DNA of 64,000 bases, from the NCBI GenBank assembly GCA_022750055.1, contig JAKIWL010000004.1:36405-100404 (forward strand), written 5' to 3'. This DNA comes from Thermoplasmata archaeon. Its GTDB lineage: Archaea > Thermoplasmatota > Thermoplasmata > Lutacidiplasmatales > UBA184. Below, one piece after another: positions 62,001-64,000 of the stretch (its first letter is position 1; each line of letters begins with the position of its first letter). Under the pieces are notes generated by a model that made no database searches, was not told the origin of the DNA, and worked only from the letters and a program-made list of their open reading frames with translations. Both the position numbers and the translations under genes were made by a program.

Positions 62001-62561
62001 GAAGACGTTCTGGATCCAATAGCTCCCGCTCGAGTTGCCCCACACCGTCGTGTTCGTCGTCACGGTGTTCAGCTGGACGGTGAAGGTGTCAGGCCCATCG
62101 TTATCGATCAGGAAGGAGTCGATCCGGTTCAGGGTGAGGCTCCCTTCCCAACCGGTGCTCTGGATCATGTACGGGGTCGGCGTGCCGGTCGTGTTACGGA
62201 CCCCGAAGTCTCCGATCCCCATCGGGGCGGGAGCGACTGTCGTCAGGGGGTGGACGACCCCGCCAGAGAGATAGCCGCCGCCCATCATGTTGGGGACGTA
62301 GAGGTCTCGGTTCGGGATGTGGGCCGCCTTCGCGTTCGCGAGGATTTGGTGGGCGTGTGCGGCCCGCGCGGCCAACGTCGGGGCAAGGGAAGGGGCGCTC
62401 GGGCCCTGAGCCGGCAGGGCCGCCAAACCCGGTGCCGTTGGCAAAGCGCTCCCACCAATCGGGCCCGAAGCGAACCCTCCCAAGTGGTCCGGGAGGGCCC
62501 CGTAGCTCAACACGCTCAATCCTGCCACGATCCAGACCAGAGCCGACCCTCTCGCCAGCAT
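59067..62561 (-). CDS. Thermopsin-family (peptidase A5) mosaic surface protein: thermopsin domain + right-handed beta-helix-like region + 3 Ig-like YxVTFxExGL modules + PEGA/CarboxypepD_reg-like domain + C-terminal TM
   Basis: 1164 aa from ATG 62561 (signal MLARGSALVWIVAGLSVLSYG). PAPMGIGDFGVRN, TVQLNTV...YWIQNVFDY...LIFIDNIWNFSSP and YDSELMLGGPGGG parallel S. acidocaldarius thermopsin as recalled (PAPAGIASFGLYN, YWLQDV, FIDNVWNLTG, YDAELVWGGGGNG). Confidence 0.8.
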   Translation of the reverse strand: MLARGSALVWIVAGLSVLSYGALPDHLGGFASGPIGGSALPTAPGLAALPAQGPSAPSLAPTLAARAAHAHQILANAKAAHIPNRDLYVPNMMGGGYLSGGVVHPLTTVAPAPMGIGDFGVRNTTGTPTPYMIQSTGWEGSLTLNRIDSFLIDNDGPDTFTVQLNTVTTNTTVWGNSSGSYWIQNVFDYTPSSQSLIFIDNIWNFSSPSGAQPASTFYSYNGTPVPSVGYYFDLGPLLTVPMPFTIHLYVNTSTTVNGTTLFAYPTVRFGYNILNATGVSTHHGVYDTVLFNSNARLFRVPLTKFMVNGAHLTPTNFLLYDSELMLGGPGGGTTASIYGINGSESLSYLNGGTNSFQSDPTAWNVGTDTGETSEGIAESYARAGTVSLSAGPSLPMPLWNATPGGEVGRARVAGGLDPSNGFLFVSPGKNFTRSTAAWAPTEPNGAFDFTLPPGNYTVEAMMSEYDPWNLTIDAKNGTTNGNIVLTPDAARGVYTPLVAWNDGQLAGISSRGDGTLGNPYLILSNQHAGLDPLFGESNDYLYLVFPGLLIANTNAYVTVQQPASFGFTYPDAYLAGLTRNGLPFTNHLQLEFYNASRVTLWGASDITGWFFGPDYGPEAGLPLANVVFWDVSNSLIAGNTFVSQGSSLVLLNGPATGGGNVVWGNTFENGLQAAAFLNYGAPGGLFEFESGDLVYNNYVTTTLPAFSPSSNLWSGAGQTNQNDWNLSEIEPATVSRVVNGFTLSGSVVGSPWQCGNAWGAFTSVTPVPYNANGSIVTGGDYCPYPVHPATYPVTFTETGLSNGTWSVLLAGETRSASASSPISFAEPFGTWAFTASTAPGILVTPGSGNVTVAGSAQTIPIAFTLPAPPPPPPRYTVTFTETGLPFGSWSVLFRNETASTLVGDSIAFSAVAGTYSFSILPQPGYTASPSSGSVTLPGTGNGVSVTFSPPPRAPSVYPVTVSESGLALGTAWSITLNGDTLSTFGASLIFEQANGSYAYQVAGVAGYAAPPNGMVSVNGGAASVTLPFAPLDGYLNGTVSVPGAIVVVNGNAVPASTGSFSITLPPGTYAVSATRSGYAPYDNTVTIAAGKATHLAIALQSVPSPSGSALSSVQFGGLIGAILVLALAVGIAGWLVRARTKPETSGSPRPWDESVTPPPDQKAP
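59463..60191 (-). repeat. Three tandem 77-84-aa protein modules (YPVTFTETGLSNGTWSV / YTVTFTETGLPFGSWSV / YPVTVSESGLALGTAWSI)
   Basis: Coordinates counted from the C-terminus: 60191..59940, 59939..59694, 59693..59463. A fourth copy of the module sits in the YVTN protein at 43026..43259 (YPVVFEESGLPSGAPWSV). Confidence 0.7.
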
Positions 62562-62805
62562 CGGCCGTGCTAGAGGTAAGCAGGGTTCTAACGCTTTCGA
62601 TTCGCTCAGGGTGGCGGCGCGACGCGCAGGCACTAAACCCTGAGTCGACACCCACTGCCGGCCCACGTCCGTGTGCGGGCAGACAACCCACAGGCAGACA
62701 GGTGGCGCCTGACAAGTCCGATCCCGTCGTGGATTTGAGGATGCCCGCCGGGTCGAGGGGAGTCGAACCAAACCTTAATTCAGTCGCTCCAGCGTCGTTT
62801 CGCGC

Positions 62806-63654
62806 ATGTCCCCCCCAGGTTCGCTCCGGCGTCCGCCCCTTCCGACCCGCAATTTCACCCGCGGAATCAGCCTCGCCCTCAGCGTCCTCCTCGCGATCTC
62901 AGCGACCTTGTACCTAGGGGCGATGGTCGGGTCTCGCACGGGACCGGGACCCCTCACCTACCTTGCCCCCTCCGGAACTGAGGCCCGAGGTTGGGAGGAG
63001 GCGCATCCCCATTCGGCCGCTGCGGTCCTAGCGTCGTCGCTCTCCGTTACCCTTACACTTTCGCCGAGTACCTTGAACGAGAACACGCAACTCACTATCA
63101 ACTTTCAGATCACAGGGGGGCAGAGCCCGTACCAGCTGCGGTGGAGCAATCTGCCCAACGGTTGTTCCAGCGGGTCAGCGCCCTCCAGCGAAGCGACTCA
63201 GGCCCCCCAAACTTTCTCGTGCTCCCCCACTCAGTCGGGGTCCTTCGGGGTCTCGGTCCAGGTGACCGATAGCTCGTCCCCCACTCCGAATTCCATCACC
63301 TCGCAAACTCAGACTATCCAGGTCAATCCGAACGGCAACGGGAACAACGGAAATCACAATGGGAGTGGGAACGGCGGGTCCGGGAACGGGTCGCTCGCCG
63401 CGTTCTCGAGTCTCGGCTCACTCCTTCCGATCCTCTTCCTTGGGGTCATCGTCGCCTTCGCCCTCCTCGTGATCACGGCCGTGAGTTCCCTTGCGACGGC
63501 GATCCTCATCGCCCGGCGGATGCCCGCCCGTACCCGAGGCGAAGAGATTCCGGTCACACATCCCTGTTCGTCCTGCGGGAAGGCGGTGGCGCTCGACTCG
63601 AAGTTCTGCCCGGCCTGCGGAAAGCCCGTGGTGGCAGAGAAGACGAATCCATAG
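62806..63654 (+). CDS. Membrane protein with extracellular Ig/PKD-like domain, Asn/Gly linker, TM segment and cytoplasmic zinc ribbon
   Basis: 282 aa. N-terminal anchor ISLALSVLLAISATLYLGAMV. TLSPSTLNENTQLTINFQITGGQSPYQLRW. NPNGNGNNGNHNGSGNGGSGNGS. C-terminal CSSCGKAVALDSKFCPACGKPV. A TTAATT box lies about 28 nt upstream. Confidence 0.6.
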   Translation: MSPPGSLRRPPLPTRNFTRGISLALSVLLAISATLYLGAMVGSRTGPGPLTYLAPSGTEARGWEEAHPHSAAAVLASSLSVTLTLSPSTLNENTQLTINFQITGGQSPYQLRWSNLPNGCSSGSAPSSEATQAPQTFSCSPTQSGSFGVSVQVTDSSSPTPNSITSQTQTIQVNPNGNGNNGNHNGSGNGGSGNGSLAAFSSLGSLLPILFLGVIVAFALLVITAVSSLATAILIARRMPARTRGEEIPVTHPCSSCGKAVALDSKFCPACGKPVVAEKTNP

Positions 63655-63907
63655 CCCCTCTCCGAATCGGCCCACCAACAGGATTAGGCCGCCCGGCGCG
63701 GGCTCAGTGGGCCGATCCGGGTTAGCGAGCATCGCGGACTCCGGTTCGAGACGTCGGAAGGGGAGCCCTTCCCGGTCCCATCCGTGGGAAGGGAGCGAAC
63801 TATCGGCCGCGGTGGAGGGTCGCCCCCTCTCGACAGCGACCCCGGGCGATGTCGCCCCTGAGGCTAGAGGTTCCTACCGCATTGAGCGACCGAGCGAGCA
63901 GACCGGC

Positions 63908-64000
63908 CTATTCGGTCCCCTCGAGGTCGAAGTAGATCTTGACCGTAGCGTGGTACTCGGCGATCTTGCCGTCCTTGACCGATCCCTCTAGTTCCGAAAC
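63908..64000 (-). CDS. Dodecin-like protein, C-terminal fragment (continues beyond window)
   Basis: The reverse strand reads ...VSELEGSVKDGKIAEYHATVKIYFDLEGTE-stop, which resembles the dodecin C-terminus. Confidence 0.55.
   Translation of the reverse strand, partial: VSELEGSVKDGKIAEYHATVKIYFDLEGTE

Noticed and set aside
62720-62790. Possible tRNA on the minus strand, suggested by the GAGTCGAACC / GGTTCGACTC T-loop-like string.
   Set aside because: The flanking 5-mers are not complementary (AGGGG vs CCAAA), and no acceptor, D or anticodon stems could be drawn on either strand.
63750-63800. SRP RNA helix-8-like sequence (GUCGGAAGGGGAGC / GGGAAGGGAGC).
   Set aside because: It only loosely resembles the conserved CAGGxCC-GGAA-GGxAGCAGC motif. 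The AGCAGC symmetric-loop element and the surrounding helix 5/6 architecture are not present.
1-64000. CRISPR arrays, cas genes, transposases/IS elements, integrases, prophage or known defence-system genes (restriction-modification, CBASS, Argonaute, toxin-antitoxin pairs).
   Set aside because: No spaced identical repeats of 24-40 bp were seen, and no ORF shows the corresponding motifs. The only mobile-element-like hint is the eroded AbrB patch next to tRNA-Thr, which is reported separately.

Overview
This is a GC-rich archaeal chromosomal segment (about two-thirds G+C by eye, not computed). It is densely packed with housekeeping genes and has no rRNA, CRISPR array, transposase or integrase. 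Archaeal markers include EF-1alpha, ribosomal proteins uS10/uS13/uS4/uS11, RNA polymerase subunit D (Rpo3), aMBF1, Pelota, proteasome alpha, membrane LonB, Bud32, TrmY, an archaetidylserine synthase/decarboxylase pair, an MJ0619/Tes-type radical SAM enzyme and a thermopsin-family surface protein. Together these suggest a high-GC Thermoplasmatota-like euryarchaeon; that placement is inference.

Other content:
- a beta-oxidation-like acyl-CoA cluster and a second thiolase/DUF35 pair
- topA-uvrA-uvrC, citrate synthase, OTCase, FolD, NMNAT, DnaJ
- two MFS transporters, two tRNAs (Phe-GAA, Thr-CGT) and a cell-surface gene island

Many long ORFs in the six-frame track are antisense or out-of-frame shadows of real genes, as expected at this GC content. 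Several true starts are internal ATG/GTG codons behind TATA-like boxes, and ATGA/GTGA stop-start overlaps are frequent.

Most noteworthy observations:
1. An unannotated 35-codon peptide with 10 cysteines in four vicinal CC pairs. It overlaps the start of a frameshifted LMW-PTP arsC and is divergent from an HxlR-type regulator that has an unusual N-terminal Cys cluster and a perfect operator-like inverted repeat. This is a candidate novel metal(loid)-handling module.
2. A tandem ribbon-helix-helix protein directly upstream of a divergent FtsZ-family GTPase with degenerate G-box/T7 motifs and a 10-bp inverted repeat at its promoter (cdrS-ftsZ2-like).
3. Basic low-complexity A/K/P/G extensions on uS13 (both ends) and TopA, plus a C-skewed repeat-bearing 420-bp spacer that may extend a thiolase.
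4. A thermopsin-beta-helix-Ig-repeat mosaic surface protein that shares a YxVTFxExGLxxGxxWSV module with a 900-aa YVTN beta-propeller protein.
5. A perfect 26-bp palindrome upstream of topA.
6. A low-GC patch with an orphan AbrB-type gene next to tRNA-Thr.

All functional calls come from motif recognition by eye; no database search was run.
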